A DNA stretch of 64,000 nt from a virus (Duplodnaviria > Caudoviricetes). The notes beneath the pieces are model-generated. The model did no database searches, had not been told where the DNA came from, and saw nothing but the letters and a program-made list of their open reading frames with translations. Where the stretch lies: the IMG/VR virus record IMGVR_UViG_3300033074_001909, positions 42,333 to 106,332 of that record. One strand, given 5' to 3'. The translations under genes and the position numbers were made by a program. Each line of letters starts with the position of its first letter. Position 1 is the stretch's first letter. Below, piece after piece: positions 1-9,457 of this stretch.

Positions 1-542
1 ACGACCAGTATTTCGGGCCGGACGGTCCGGAGTGGTCGGCCGAAAATGCCGCCATGGGCGTCAAGGCGCGCGATTATCGATTAGCGGCCATTAAGGCAGT
101 CAGGCGGCCAGCCAAGCGGAATACGCTGCTGGAAGCGGAGTAAGCACGGCGGAGTGGAAGCAACGGAGTCACACAGGATGGGTACGAACCATGGATTGGA
201 TCTGGATTATGGATTGGACGGTGATAGCGCGGTGTTGGGGCGGCGGGGCCTGTCTCGCGGTCTGCATGTGGGCCGCGAGCTGCTTCGTGCTGCGCGACCG
301 GTGATGGCCCGCTTGCGACGGATTGGCCGCGGCGGACTCGGCTATGCCGTGGATGTCATGGCTCACGCCCGCTGCGCGCAGCTACGACGACTCGAGCATC
401 AACTGCAGCAGCTACGCCGTCGCGAGCGGCACCTGACCGCTTACATCCAGCATGAGCACAGCGATGGGTTGGATCTCGTGCTGGCCGTGCACGAGTTGCA
501 CCGCGTGCAGTGGGAACAGCGGCAACTCCGGGAGCGGTGGCT

Positions 543-905
543 ATGACGACCGGTTCCGAAGTTTGGCAACGCGCCCACGAACTGCATCGCCAGCGGGTGA
601 CCTGGGCCATCTACTACCGCGAGATCCTCGGCCCGGCGGGGCTGCTGGCCAAACTGCCGGCTGCTGACCGGCGGGAGTTTGTGCAATCCAGCGATTACCG
701 CCAGTTACGGCGCTGGCTGGCAGAACTGATGGAGGGCCGCTACCACGCCGACGAAGTGCGGCTGCGCATGATCACCATTCGTGTTCCGGAAGCGATTCAC
801 GAACTCTTGAAAGAGGAGGCTCACGACCACCGCACCAGTTTGAATCAACTGGCGATCAGCAAATTGCTGCAGCCGATCGCCCAAGACTACGTACCACGCA
901 AGTAG
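543..905 (+). CDS. Ribbon-helix-helix/HicB-like DNA-binding protein
   Basis: C-terminal 'MITIRVPEAIHELLKEEAHDHRTSLNQLAISKL' RHH pattern; ATG at 543 within ORF 510..905. Confidence 0.6.
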   Translation: MTTGSEVWQRAHELHRQRVTWAIYYREILGPAGLLAKLPAADRREFVQSSDYRQLRRWLAELMEGRYHADEVRLRMITIRVPEAIHELLKEEAHDHRTSLNQLAISKLLQPIAQDYVPRK

Positions 906-964
906 CCGCTCCGCAGTGAACTGAATCAGCGCGCGAGCGGCCGAGTCACCACCGAAAACTTGGC

Positions 965-2263
965 ATGACGGAGCATCCCACCATGGTCGCCGACCTGACG
1001 ATCGACGCGCGATTAAAGTCCGTGCTTCCCCCGCTGACCAGTGACGAAAAGGAACAACTAGAGGCCAATATCGTGCGGGCCGGGCGTGTCATCGACCCCA
1101 TCCTGTACTGGCACGATCCGGAAACGGAGAAGGACTGCATCGTGGAGGGCATGCACCGCTACGAGATTGCCACCAGACTGGGCATTCCGTTCAAGCGCGA
1201 ACCGCTCGTGCTGGAAAGCATCCAGCATGCCAAGTTATGGATTTTGGAGCATCAGGCCGGCCGGCGGCATTACGCCGACCGGATGCAGGCCCGACTCCTC
1301 CGCGGCCAACTCTACAACGAAAGTAAACGTCCCGACGGGGGTCATGGTCATCAACCCCCCTCAAAGAAGGGCGGGGACCAAAATGAACCCCCGCTCGATT
1401 CCGAGTCGGCACGAGATACCGGGCGTGCGGCGGAACGCATCGCGGCCAAGCACGGCGGCAGCGCGTCGGGCGTCAAGCGCGATGGCAAACTGGTGGCCAG
1501 CCTGAAGCAGATTAACCAGCGGATGCGCGAGAAAATCGAGTCTGGCGACTTGCGTGTGCCGGATGCCATCGTCCATGCGCTGGCCACGGTCGACCACGCC
1601 ACGCAGATGACAATCTGGCGCGACGTGCGGGTCCATCAGATGACATGGGCCGAGGCCTGCGCGCATCGCGGCGCCAAGGCTCCGCAGCCAGTTAAGACCA
1701 ATCCACCGAAAGCGACAGGTAAGACACCGACGCAGGGAAAATCGGCGGACCGCAGCGGGGACAAAGGACAGCGAATGGATTCCCCCGCTGCCGGCTTTTC
1801 TACACCACCACAGCCCCCGCAACTCATCAATGAGGCGCGGGAGTTATTCCATCGCATGACCCCAGCGCAGCGGCAGCAGGTGTACGTGTTATGGGGTGAG
1901 TGGCTGGAAGACAGCCAAGCCGATCAACAGGTGGTGAGCAGAGAGGAAACGAGGGCTGAACAACCCGAGAAAGTCGAGTCGACGCCGAAAACCAAAAAGC
2001 AGAAACGTACCACTTTTCAAAAGCCGACGATCGAGGAAATTCAGGCCTACTGTTACGAGCGGAACAACGGCATCAGCGGGCAGGATTTCTTTGACTTCTA
2101 CGAGGCGCGAGGCTGGAAGCTAACTAAGGGTGTGGCCATGGTGGATTGGAAAGCGGCCGTCCACACATGGGAAAAGAATCAACGGTTAGACACGTCGCGT
2201 CGTCGCGATCCACGCGGCACGCGCTCGGCGGCGGAGGAGTTTCTGTCCTCTCAGGCGAACTGA
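965..2263 (+). CDS. ParB-like N-terminal domain fused to phage replication-initiator-like C-terminus
   Basis: ParB-like 'PPLTSDEKEQLEANI...DPI...IVEGMHRYEIA'; C-terminal 'FQKPTIEEIQAYC..DFFDFYEARGWK..MVDWKAAVHTWE' typical of phage replication proteins. Confidence 0.7.
   Translation: MTEHPTMVADLTIDARLKSVLPPLTSDEKEQLEANIVRAGRVIDPILYWHDPETEKDCIVEGMHRYEIATRLGIPFKREPLVLESIQHAKLWILEHQAGRRHYADRMQARLLRGQLYNESKRPDGGHGHQPPSKKGGDQNEPPLDSESARDTGRAAERIAAKHGGSASGVKRDGKLVASLKQINQRMREKIESGDLRVPDAIVHALATVDHATQMTIWRDVRVHQMTWAEACAHRGAKAPQPVKTNPPKATGKTPTQGKSADRSGDKGQRMDSPAAGFSTPPQPPQLINEARELFHRMTPAQRQQVYVLWGEWLEDSQADQQVVSREETRAEQPEKVESTPKTKKQKRTTFQKPTIEEIQAYCYERNNGISGQDFFDFYEARGWKLTKGVAMVDWKAAVHTWEKNQRLDTSRRRDPRGTRSAAEEFLSSQAN
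1368..1394. repeat. 27-bp imperfect palindrome, copy 1 (parS-like candidate)
   Basis: AGGGCGGGGACCAAAATGAACCCCCGC; near-identical copies at 27209-27235 and 35763-35789. Confidence 0.8.
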
Positions 2264-2266
2264 CAT

Positions 2267-2881
2267 ATGACTCCCGCAGAGAAGCGTCGTTTGGTGGAAT
2301 TGGTGGCTGGGCTGTGCGAAGCGTTTAATCGCACGCCCACAAAAGCCACGTTTGAGGGCTACACGATCGGCCTCGAGGACATCCCTTTGCCAGCGATCGA
2401 AGGCGCGGTCCGCCGCGCTCTGCGGGAATTGCGGTTTATGCCTACGGCGGCTGAACTGCGGGAACTAGCCGGTGATCTATCTAGCAGCGATCGAGCGGTG
2501 ATTGCGTGGGATTGCGTGCTGAAGCACTTGCACCTCGGCCCGTACAAGCATGTGTCTTTCGTGGATGACCGCATTATCAATGCCACCATTCGCAACATGG
2601 GCGGCTGGCCGACGTTTACCTCACGCTTTACAGACGCCGAGTCGGAAAAGTGGCTTCGCAAGGAGTTTCTCGACACCTATCGCTCTTTACATCGCGCTGG
2701 CGTGACAGGCGATATGTGCGCGCCGCTGCCTGGTTTGGCTGGCGGATCGTATCCAGATGGCCGCGCCTACATTCCTCGGCTTGAGCAGGTCCGCACGGAG
2801 GGCGTACCGGCCTTGCCTGCGCCTGTGTCGCGCCAGTCGCGCGCGGCAGCATTACCACACGTCGAACTGAAGAGGCCGTGA
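2267..2881 (+). CDS. Phage replication accessory protein (helicase loader/inhibitor-like, DUF6475-like)
   Basis: 'RFMPTAAELRE', 'FVDDRIINATIRNMGGW', 'KEFLDTY'; directly downstream of the Rep-like gene. Confidence 0.6.
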   Translation: MTPAEKRRLVELVAGLCEAFNRTPTKATFEGYTIGLEDIPLPAIEGAVRRALRELRFMPTAAELRELAGDLSSSDRAVIAWDCVLKHLHLGPYKHVSFVDDRIINATIRNMGGWPTFTSRFTDAESEKWLRKEFLDTYRSLHRAGVTGDMCAPLPGLAGGSYPDGRAYIPRLEQVRTEGVPALPAPVSRQSRAAALPHVELKRP

Positions 2882-3456
2882 TTAAATGAAGCGAAAACCA
2901 TGCAAGCGATTGACGGGTTGGCGGTATTGGGTGGAACGGCTGCTAGGCCTGCGGGCGCAGCGGCTAGCGGAGTTACTGGCGCAGAGGAGGCAGGTGCTAT
3001 GACTGTTATGCGCGCCGAGGAGCTACAGCGGATTGCCACGCGATTGGCGAACTCATGTTTCGTTCGTTACTGGCTACATTGGAATCATCCTCACGAGCCG
3101 CACTACATGGCGATTGAGTGTCGCGATTTTAGAATGCAGCCGATGCAAATACGCGACATGGAACAGTACGGCTTTGAGTGGGATGAAGTTGACAGGCGAT
3201 ATTACATCGAGCGGGATTTGGTGGCGGATGGCCTGAAGTCCACATAATCCGCTGGTCGAACCACAAAGGTATCGAAGATGCGATGCGAACTGATTATCTA
3301 CTCGCACTCCGAGAATGGCTTGTCGCTGTTCGTCGTGCCGGAAACAGATACCGAGAGGCAGTTGCTGCGCGGGCTATGGACGCACGGCGAACTGAAAACC
3401 TGTAATGGCGTCGCAGACAGGAATAGCAGATCCGCAGGGCGTGGCAGAGGCGTGAT

Positions 3457-4173
3457 ATGAAGCCGCTAGGACGCAAAGCGTACGGTTCTATTGGACACCT
3501 GCCGAACAGCAGACTCGGCCCTGCAGATCACTGCGTGTCGCCGGGGCAAGCTCGTATTTGCTGCGAACGGCCTCGCGATAAATCCGACAAGATCATCGTG
3601 CAGGAAAAGTACGACGGAAGTTGCTGCGCCGTAGCTCGACTTAAAAACGAGATACATGCTTTAGGCCGCGCCGGCTATTTGGCGCGCACGTCGAAATACG
3701 AGCAGCATCATCTGTTTGCAGACTGGGTCAGCAAGCACGAGGACACATTTCGAGCGATCTTGCTGGAGGGCGAAAGAGTGGTCGGGGAGTGGCTGGCGCA
3801 GGCGCATGGCACCCGCTACGACATCAATTGCTTATTTCCGCCGTTTGTGGCATTCGACATTATGGTTGATGACAAGCGGATGGAATTCGATGCGTTCATT
3901 GACAGGATAGTGTGCGGCACTGGTGACGACACGCCTCCTGAATGCCTGTCGACTCCGCAAGTAGTGGGTTATGGATCAATGCCAGTCGCGGAAGCGATGC
4001 AGCAGGTATGCAATCCATTTGCAAAAGACCCTGTTGAAGGAGTGGTCTACCGCGTCGAGCGGCAAGGAAAGGTTGACTTCCTCGCGAAATACGTGCGGCC
4101 TGACAAGGTCGATGGTTGTTATCTGCCAGAAATCAGCGGGCAGGAAGCGGTGTGGAATTGGAAGCCTGAATAA
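3457..4173 (+). CDS. RNA ligase (Rnl2-like nucleotidyltransferase)
   Basis: Motif I 'QEKYDGS', 'VGEW', 'FVAFDI', 'EGVVYR', 'AKYVR'. Confidence 0.8.
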   Translation: MKPLGRKAYGSIGHLPNSRLGPADHCVSPGQARICCERPRDKSDKIIVQEKYDGSCCAVARLKNEIHALGRAGYLARTSKYEQHHLFADWVSKHEDTFRAILLEGERVVGEWLAQAHGTRYDINCLFPPFVAFDIMVDDKRMEFDAFIDRIVCGTGDDTPPECLSTPQVVGYGSMPVAEAMQQVCNPFAKDPVEGVVYRVERQGKVDFLAKYVRPDKVDGCYLPEISGQEAVWNWKPE

Positions 4174-4445
4174 TGCACACGCACAGAGTAACCGAAACGC
4201 ACTCCGACTCCCGCCAGCGACGGTTCAAAGTAGACTGCCGTTGCGACATGGATGTCATCCTGAGCGACTGGCGAATACCGCCTTACTTAGAACGGCCGAA
4301 AGATGGACCTTGGGCGGGATTGTGCGTGCTCGAGGTTGAGGCCACGCATAGCAAAGGCGGTTGGGTGGTACTGGTGCGATATGGGAAACCACCGCAGGCG
4401 ATGACGCGAAAACGCGATCGACTGGCGACATAGCAGGGATACGAC

Positions 4446-4808
4446 ATGAGTTACAACTGTACTACCTGGAAAACGACAACACTCGACAAGTTTCGTTTGC
4501 CGATTGCGAGCCTGTACAAACATCCTCGCAGCGATTGGCATCCCGAGCGACGTGACGTTACTGGGCTGACCATGTTCGCAGTGTGCGAAGCCGGAGTGTC
4601 AGGGCACGTGAACGGTGATTGGCTAGAGGTCACGAGCGTCGACATTGCTGGCGAGGGCAGCGGCACGGCACTGAACTGGATATTCGAGCCAGCCTTTGAG
4701 CACAGCACGGGAACGCTCGTAGCCACCTTGATCTGGGAGGGAGGCGATTCCATTCAGCGACTGTCGGTGGTAGACGGCCAGATCACGACAGAAGAGATCG
4801 ATATCTGA
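4446..4808 (+). CDS. Hypothetical phage protein
   Basis: Clean ORF in operon; a synonymous-only copy of its 3' end at 4910-4968 supports coding status. Confidence 0.65.
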   Translation: MSYNCTTWKTTTLDKFRLPIASLYKHPRSDWHPERRDVTGLTMFAVCEAGVSGHVNGDWLEVTSVDIAGEGSGTALNWIFEPAFEHSTGTLVATLIWEGGDSIQRLSVVDGQITTEEIDI

Positions 4809-4821
4809 CACAGGACACAAA

Positions 4822-4894
4822 GCGACCGTAGCCTAATGGATCAGGCATCCGCCTTCTAAGCGGAGATATGAAGGTTCGATTCCTTCCGGTCGTG
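4822..4894 (+). tRNA. tRNA-Arg(TCT), CCA not encoded
   Basis: Acceptor GCGACCG/CGGTCGT, D-arm GCC..GGC, anticodon arm TCCGC-CTTCTAA-GCGGA, T-arm GAAGG-TTCGATT-CCTTC. Confidence 0.9.
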
Positions 4895-4909
4895 TTGCAT
4901 GGATAGTCG

Positions 4910-4968
4910 AGCGATTGTCGGTGGTGGACGGCCAGATTACGACGGAAGAGATTGATATCTAAAACAGG
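4910..4968 (+). repeat. Second copy of the 3' end of gene 4446..4808 (direct repeat of 4756-4814)
   Basis: 59-bp copies that differ only by synonymous changes across the codons for RLSVVDGQITTEEIDI-stop. Confidence 0.85.
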
Positions 4969-5073
4969 CTCTGTAGTGTATTGGCCACACGCCGCTGTCA
5001 CCTTCCGGCCGAGTGCATGCTAGGTTGGATAACAAGCGCAGCGAAATAGCAGGTTCGATTCCTGCCGGAGTCT
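4967..5073 (+). ncRNA. tRNA-like RNA with ~40-nt expanded anticodon loop (intron-containing or pseudo-tRNA)
   Basis: Acceptor GGCTCTG/CGGAGTC, D-arm GTG..CAC, stem CGCTG/CAGCG enclosing about 41 nt, T-arm GCAGG-TTCGATT-CCTGC. Confidence 0.7.
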
Positions 5074-5468
5074 CTGGATTGCGAGAAGGCTGAGAGGCCC
5101 TAACACGGCCGGGTTATGTCGCGTCGGCACTTTATCCCGCAGAAAAAAGAGCCGAGTCAGAAATAGAGCAGCGGTTTTAATCTCCCGCTGTGATCGCAGG
5201 GGAGCGCGAGCCCCGAACGAAATCGGTCAAAGAGTGTCTCCTTATGGAGTTTCCCAGGCAACGGGTTGGTGGTCGATCCAACATGCACGCTCCGCCCTGG
5301 TCCACACGCGAGAACTAAGAAAACGCTCGTTAGTAAGCCGATTGCGACGATCCGCCAAGTCTCGAAAACTCTCAGTCAACGCCTACAAGCACGCCTAACT
5401 CGGAGAAGCAGGCTTTCTCGCGAGGGAAGCGTGCTTTAGGTGGAATTGATGACCACCTGGGTATCCGC

Positions 5469-5897
5469 ATGGATGAAGACCTCGTACGAGCCCGCGTAGC
5501 CGGCCGACTGGCAGCGAACGAATTAGCTGACCTGTACATCACCGAGTCCGCGCGCCTGAAAGAGCAGCACGGACTGGAGGCCTCGATCACGTTTTTGGAA
5601 ACGCTGCGAGACAATCTGCTGGCCATTCGACCTTTGGCGCCCGTCACACCGGTAACGCCGCCCGTAATGCCCGAGCCTGCCTATCGGCGGTCCGGATTCA
5701 GCGCCGACGAGTGCCCGGACGATTACGTCGTGGTCGAGTTTCACGAGGAAATTGAGGCCGAAACGGACCGGGCCATCCTGATCGGGCAGCACTGGATTCC
5801 CAAGAGCCAAATTTGGGAGTGTCCGGACCGTGGCGAGTACGTGGAATCGTTGGCCATTCGCGAATGGTTCGTCGACAAGGAGGGGCTGGCGACTTGA
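5469..5897 (+). CDS. Hypothetical phage protein
   Basis: ORF ending 'EAETDRAILIGQHWIPKSQI..IREWFVDKEGL', a pattern seen in small phage proteins. Confidence 0.6.
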   Translation: MDEDLVRARVAGRLAANELADLYITESARLKEQHGLEASITFLETLRDNLLAIRPLAPVTPVTPPVMPEPAYRRSGFSADECPDDYVVVEFHEEIEAETDRAILIGQHWIPKSQIWECPDRGEYVESLAIREWFVDKEGLAT

Positions 5898-5984
5898 CGA
5901 AATTTCGCCGTTGTTCTAAACAAAGTGGACTACCAATAGCGGCACTTCGATCAGAAGCCCGTCGAGCAATCGGCGGGCTTTTTT
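5894..5984 (+). promoter_or_regulatory. Promoter + conserved motif + intrinsic terminator (attenuation/antitermination module)
   Basis: TTGACG-17 nt-TAAACA; GGCACTTCGATCAGA at 5941-5955; hairpin GCCCGTCGA-GCAA-TCGGCGGGC then T6; near-identical module at 50182-50278. Confidence 0.75.
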
Positions 5985-6002
5985 CGTTTCTTGAGGGAGC
6001 GT

Positions 6003-6494
6003 ATGGACGCCGACACGATTCGACGCCTCGTCCTGGCAGACGCAGAGTTGAAGGCCTGGGCTTTGGCCGGACGCGACGGCGATATCGCCCGGGATGCGCG
6101 GCTGGCGGAATCGGTGGGCGTCGAGTTCCGGCTCACCTCCCGCGGAGTAAATGACATTTTCGGGCTCGTGCGGGGCGCCGCCATCATGGCCGCCCTCCGC
6201 GCCAAGGCGACCGAGGGGACTCCCGAAGGCGCTATCATCGCCGAAATGCTCTCCATGATGGACATCAAGACGATCGGCGAGAACCAAGGCGTCGATTTGA
6301 ATCATGCCGACGCGCCCACGCTGATGGGCCTGCTGGTCTCGGTCAGCATTGTCACGGCCGACGAAGCCGCTGTGGTGCTGTCCAAGGCCAGAAAGTCCGT
6401 CCAGCCCAGCGTGCAGGACGTGTCGCTGGCCCTGCGCGTCTACCGGCCGGAGGGCAAGATCGGCAAATACTCATCGTCCGAACTTCAATCCTGA
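6003..6494 (+). CDS. Hypothetical protein (first gene of putative virion operon)
   Basis: GAGGGAG RBS then ATG at 6003. Confidence 0.6.
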   Translation: MDADTIRRLVLADAELKAWALAGRDGDIARDARLAESVGVEFRLTSRGVNDIFGLVRGAAIMAALRAKATEGTPEGAIIAEMLSMMDIKTIGENQGVDLNHADAPTLMGLLVSVSIVTADEAAVVLSKARKSVQPSVQDVSLALRVYRPEGKIGKYSSSELQS

Positions 6495-6508
6495 GAGGGG
6501 CATGACAC

Positions 6509-6724
6509 ATGGCGAACAATCTCACGATCAACCTGAACGATACCGGCTGCGCCGACACGCCGTGCACGGCCGGGACGTTCAACGTGCGGGCGTTCTACAC
6601 CGAGGTGGACGCGGGGCACGTGTTCGGATCGTTCAAGAGCCGGGAAGCGGCGGAAAAGTGCGTGTTGGTCTTGGCTGGCCGCGAGGACGTGGTCAAGGCC
6701 GTGATCGAACCCGTGGTGACCTAA
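6509..6724 (+). CDS. Small hypothetical protein
   Basis: RBS GAGGGG; operon position. Confidence 0.55.
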   Translation: MANNLTINLNDTGCADTPCTAGTFNVRAFYTEVDAGHVFGSFKSREAAEKCVLVLAGREDVVKAVIEPVVT

Positions 6725-6741
6725 TCGAAAGGGGGCGGACC

Positions 6742-7041
6742 GTGGCGACTTTGTCAGAACTTCATTCCTTGCTGTCCGACGATAGCCTGCAGAACAAAGT
6801 CCGCGGGGCGGTCTTGAAGATGGCCATCGCGGTGGTGTTCGAGGATGCCGGCACGGCCAATCACGCCAATCGGCTGGCCTACGCGAAGGCGGCGTTGAAC
6901 GACGTGAATGGCGCGGCCGACGACATCGTCAAATATGTCATTGGCGCCAACGCTTCCTCGACGGCGGCGGAAATCCTCGCGCTGAGCGACAGCACCATCC
7001 AAGATCACGTGAACGCTTCTTTGGCGATCTTCGCGAGTTAA
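6742..7041 (+). CDS. Hypothetical protein (putative virion)
   Basis: GTG start after AAAGGGGG; in-frame 3' part of ORF 6349..7041. Confidence 0.55.
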   Translation: MATLSELHSLLSDDSLQNKVRGAVLKMAIAVVFEDAGTANHANRLAYAKAALNDVNGAADDIVKYVIGANASSTAAEILALSDSTIQDHVNASLAIFAS

Positions 7042-7044
7042 CCC

Positions 7045-7590
7045 ATGCCACTGCCCGATTTCAAGTTCACGTTCGAGCACGGCACCGCGGTGATCTGGGG
7101 TGAATCCGGCGCCAGCGGCGTTACCAAGACGCTGTCCTTCGATGGGCTCGCGGCGGGCTCGGCGCGGATGGGCGCGGCGGCGGACCTGGGGGAGGACTGG
7201 GACCAGTGGTATTACGTGCAGCTTGTGATTGAAAGCGGCACCGCGCCCACGGCCGCCGGCACGGTCGATTTGTTTTTGCCCTGCTCCTACGACAACAGCA
7301 CGTGGCCGGCTGGTGTCAGTGGCAGCGATGGAGCCTGGCCGAGCGATGGCAACGAGGACGAATGGGCCAAGCAACTGGACAGCGCGTACGTCTGCTCACT
7401 GAAGGCGACCAATGACGCTACCACGGTCCAGCGTCAGGCGCCAGTGTTGTGGCGTCCGAGTGGTCGTTATGTCGTGCCGGTCGTCGACAACAACATGGAT
7501 CAGGCGGTGCGCGACGAGACGACAGCGACCGATAACGACAGCCGGGTGATTCTAGTGCCGGTCCGCTCATTGGTGCAGCAGGCAGCATGA
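7045..7590 (+). CDS. Hypothetical beta-rich protein (putative virion)
   Basis: Stop/start overlap with the next gene; G/A/T/S-rich composition. Confidence 0.55.
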   Translation: MPLPDFKFTFEHGTAVIWGESGASGVTKTLSFDGLAAGSARMGAAADLGEDWDQWYYVQLVIESGTAPTAAGTVDLFLPCSYDNSTWPAGVSGSDGAWPSDGNEDEWAKQLDSAYVCSLKATNDATTVQRQAPVLWRPSGRYVVPVVDNNMDQAVRDETTATDNDSRVILVPVRSLVQQAA

Positions 7591-8435
7591 GAAACCACGT
7601 GCTACAACCGCCGTTTGCCACGGGCGTCCACGACGCGGAGTATCCGCAGTTGTGGAGCGGCATGATGTTTGGATGGTCTGCCAATCTGGGCATCACGGGT
7701 GGCATGATTCGCGACCGGTCTGGCAGGGCGAATCACGGCACGCTGACGAACGCGGACCTGGATACGTATTGGGGACGATCGTACGGTTACGCACGCTTGG
7801 CATTCTTCACTTCCTATGTGACGATACCTCGAAATGGTCGCTTTGATTTTTCAAGCACAAATCTGTTTTGGTCCGCATGGGTTAGTGATTTAACAACAAA
7901 TGGAATTATCTGTAGCACTATATTAAATTCATCGCCGTACTCAGGTTGGGAGATTGCATGTGGGACTATTTCAGCTAATAAGCTCCAATTGTGGAATAGT
8001 AGTGCCTGGGTAGCGAGTACGTCAAATGTAACAGGGACTGGTATTCGTCATTTATGCGTTTTTAACGATGGCGTAAATACTCAATTTTTCATCAACGGAC
8101 AATTAGACGCTACTGTTTCTCATATAAGATCTGCTACTCCAGGTGACTCAAATTTGGTTATTGGTGCAAGAGTGTCTGGATGGAATGCCATGAATTGCCG
8201 TGTTCATGATTTTTACATAGGCACAGCACAAACATCTACAGTTCAATCGCTTGTAACCATGCTGTACTTTCTCGGCCCCGGCGGCTGGGCTCGCCGCAAG
8301 TCGCCCGCGTCGGTGTGCGTGCCGCTCCAGACGCGACCGCCCCTGCGCCGTACCCGCTCGATCACGCCGAATCAATGTGTTGATATCCAGTTTCGGCATC
8401 GCAACATTGGTCATGGAAGGCTGAAAGCCGGATGA
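7587..8435 (+). CDS. LamG/concanavalin A-like domain protein (putative receptor-binding)
   Basis: 'DRSGRANHGTL', 'FWSAWV', 'HLCVFNDG..FFINGQL..NLVIG'; core is AT-rich. Confidence 0.7.
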   Translation: MRNHVLQPPFATGVHDAEYPQLWSGMMFGWSANLGITGGMIRDRSGRANHGTLTNADLDTYWGRSYGYARLAFFTSYVTIPRNGRFDFSSTNLFWSAWVSDLTTNGIICSTILNSSPYSGWEIACGTISANKLQLWNSSAWVASTSNVTGTGIRHLCVFNDGVNTQFFINGQLDATVSHIRSATPGDSNLVIGARVSGWNAMNCRVHDFYIGTAQTSTVQSLVTMLYFLGPGGWARRKSPASVCVPLQTRPPLRRTRSITPNQCVDIQFRHRNIGHGRLKAG

Positions 8436-8983
8436 GTTTCAACCTTGCCATTTACGGTGTTGAATTTGTGTTCTATCACGCTTTGGAGTCCCAAAGCTCA
8501 CCGGGGAATTTCCAGACCAACCCCACGCTGGCCAGCGGAGACGTCACGATCAGCAAAGACGGCGGATCGGCCAGTAATCTGAACACCACGCCCGCAGCGA
8601 CGCCGGCTGGCGGCAAGCGCATTAAAGTGACCGTGTCGGCCACCGAAATGCAGGCGGACGACATCTCGCTGGTGTTCTCGGATGCTGCCGGCGATGAGTG
8701 GTACGACTCGCACGTGCATATTCAGCCGCTACGGCTGCCGGCCAGCACGATCGACGACGCGGGCGGATCTCCCAGCACCACGGCGTTCGGAACGGATTTG
8801 ACCGAATCATCGGACGACTATTACGTCAATCAGTACATCTACTTTCTGTCGGGGACGAACACGGGACTGTCGCGGAAAATATCGGATTACAACGGCACGT
8901 CCAAGCAGATTACGATCGCGGTCGCGCTCCCCGATGCTCCAGCCGACGGAGACAAGTTTCTCATCCTTGGCAGGAGTGAATAA
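8432..8983 (+). CDS. Putative virion structural protein
   Basis: 'DVTISKDGG', 'DDYYVNQYIYF..G.SRKISDY' patterns; overlap with upstream gene. Confidence 0.55.
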   Translation: MSFNLAIYGVEFVFYHALESQSSPGNFQTNPTLASGDVTISKDGGSASNLNTTPAATPAGGKRIKVTVSATEMQADDISLVFSDAAGDEWYDSHVHIQPLRLPASTIDDAGGSPSTTAFGTDLTESSDDYYVNQYIYFLSGTNTGLSRKISDYNGTSKQITIAVALPDAPADGDKFLILGRSE

Positions 8984-9448
8984 ATGCCGTGGATGTGGGA
9001 ACTGCTGCAATGGTGGTGGTACGAAGAAGATGAGGAAAGCTCGTCGTCGTCCTCGTCCTCTGCCAGTAGTCTGAGTAGTTCCTCCAGTAGCAGTCTGTCT
9101 TCGTCGAGTCTGTCTTCGTCGAGTCTGTCTTCGTCGAGTCTGTCCTCGCTGTCGAGCCTGTCTTCTTCTTCGTCGTTATCCAGCAGCTCGTCACTTTCCA
9201 GCCAGTCTTCCTCTAGCAGTAGCCAGTCCTCGTCATCCTCTAGCAGTAGCCAGTCGTCGTCATCCAGCAGCCAATCTTCGTCATCGGTAAGTAGCTCGTC
9301 GCTGTCGAGCCAGTCTTCCTCCAGCAGCTCTTCGTCTTCGAGTTCCAGTAGTTCCACGAGTTCCAGTTCGCGGATCTTTGGCTCGCTGACCGGCACACTG
9401 TCGATCACGCCGTCGCTACAGGGCGTCTTATTCATCAATGGTCAGTAG
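8984..9448 (+). CDS. Poly-serine protein
   Basis: About 110-aa Ser tract using mixed Ser codons; Trp-rich N-terminus; starts immediately after the upstream stop. Confidence 0.65.
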   Translation: MPWMWELLQWWWYEEDEESSSSSSSSASSLSSSSSSSLSSSSLSSSSLSSSSLSSLSSLSSSSSLSSSSSLSSQSSSSSSQSSSSSSSSQSSSSSSQSSSSVSSSSLSSQSSSSSSSSSSSSSSTSSSSRIFGSLTGTLSITPSLQGVLFINGQ

Positions 9449-9457
9449 GAGCGTGCG

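Noticed and set aside
7587-8435. Diversity-generating retroelement target
   Set aside because: No reverse transcriptase or adenine-specific template/variable repeat pair was seen; the duplications at 4756/4910 and 15021/16790 are not A-specific.
8887-9438. Acidic Asp/Glu/Leu-rich minus-strand ORF
   Set aside because: It is the antisense shadow of the poly-Ser gene, which fits the plus-strand operon.
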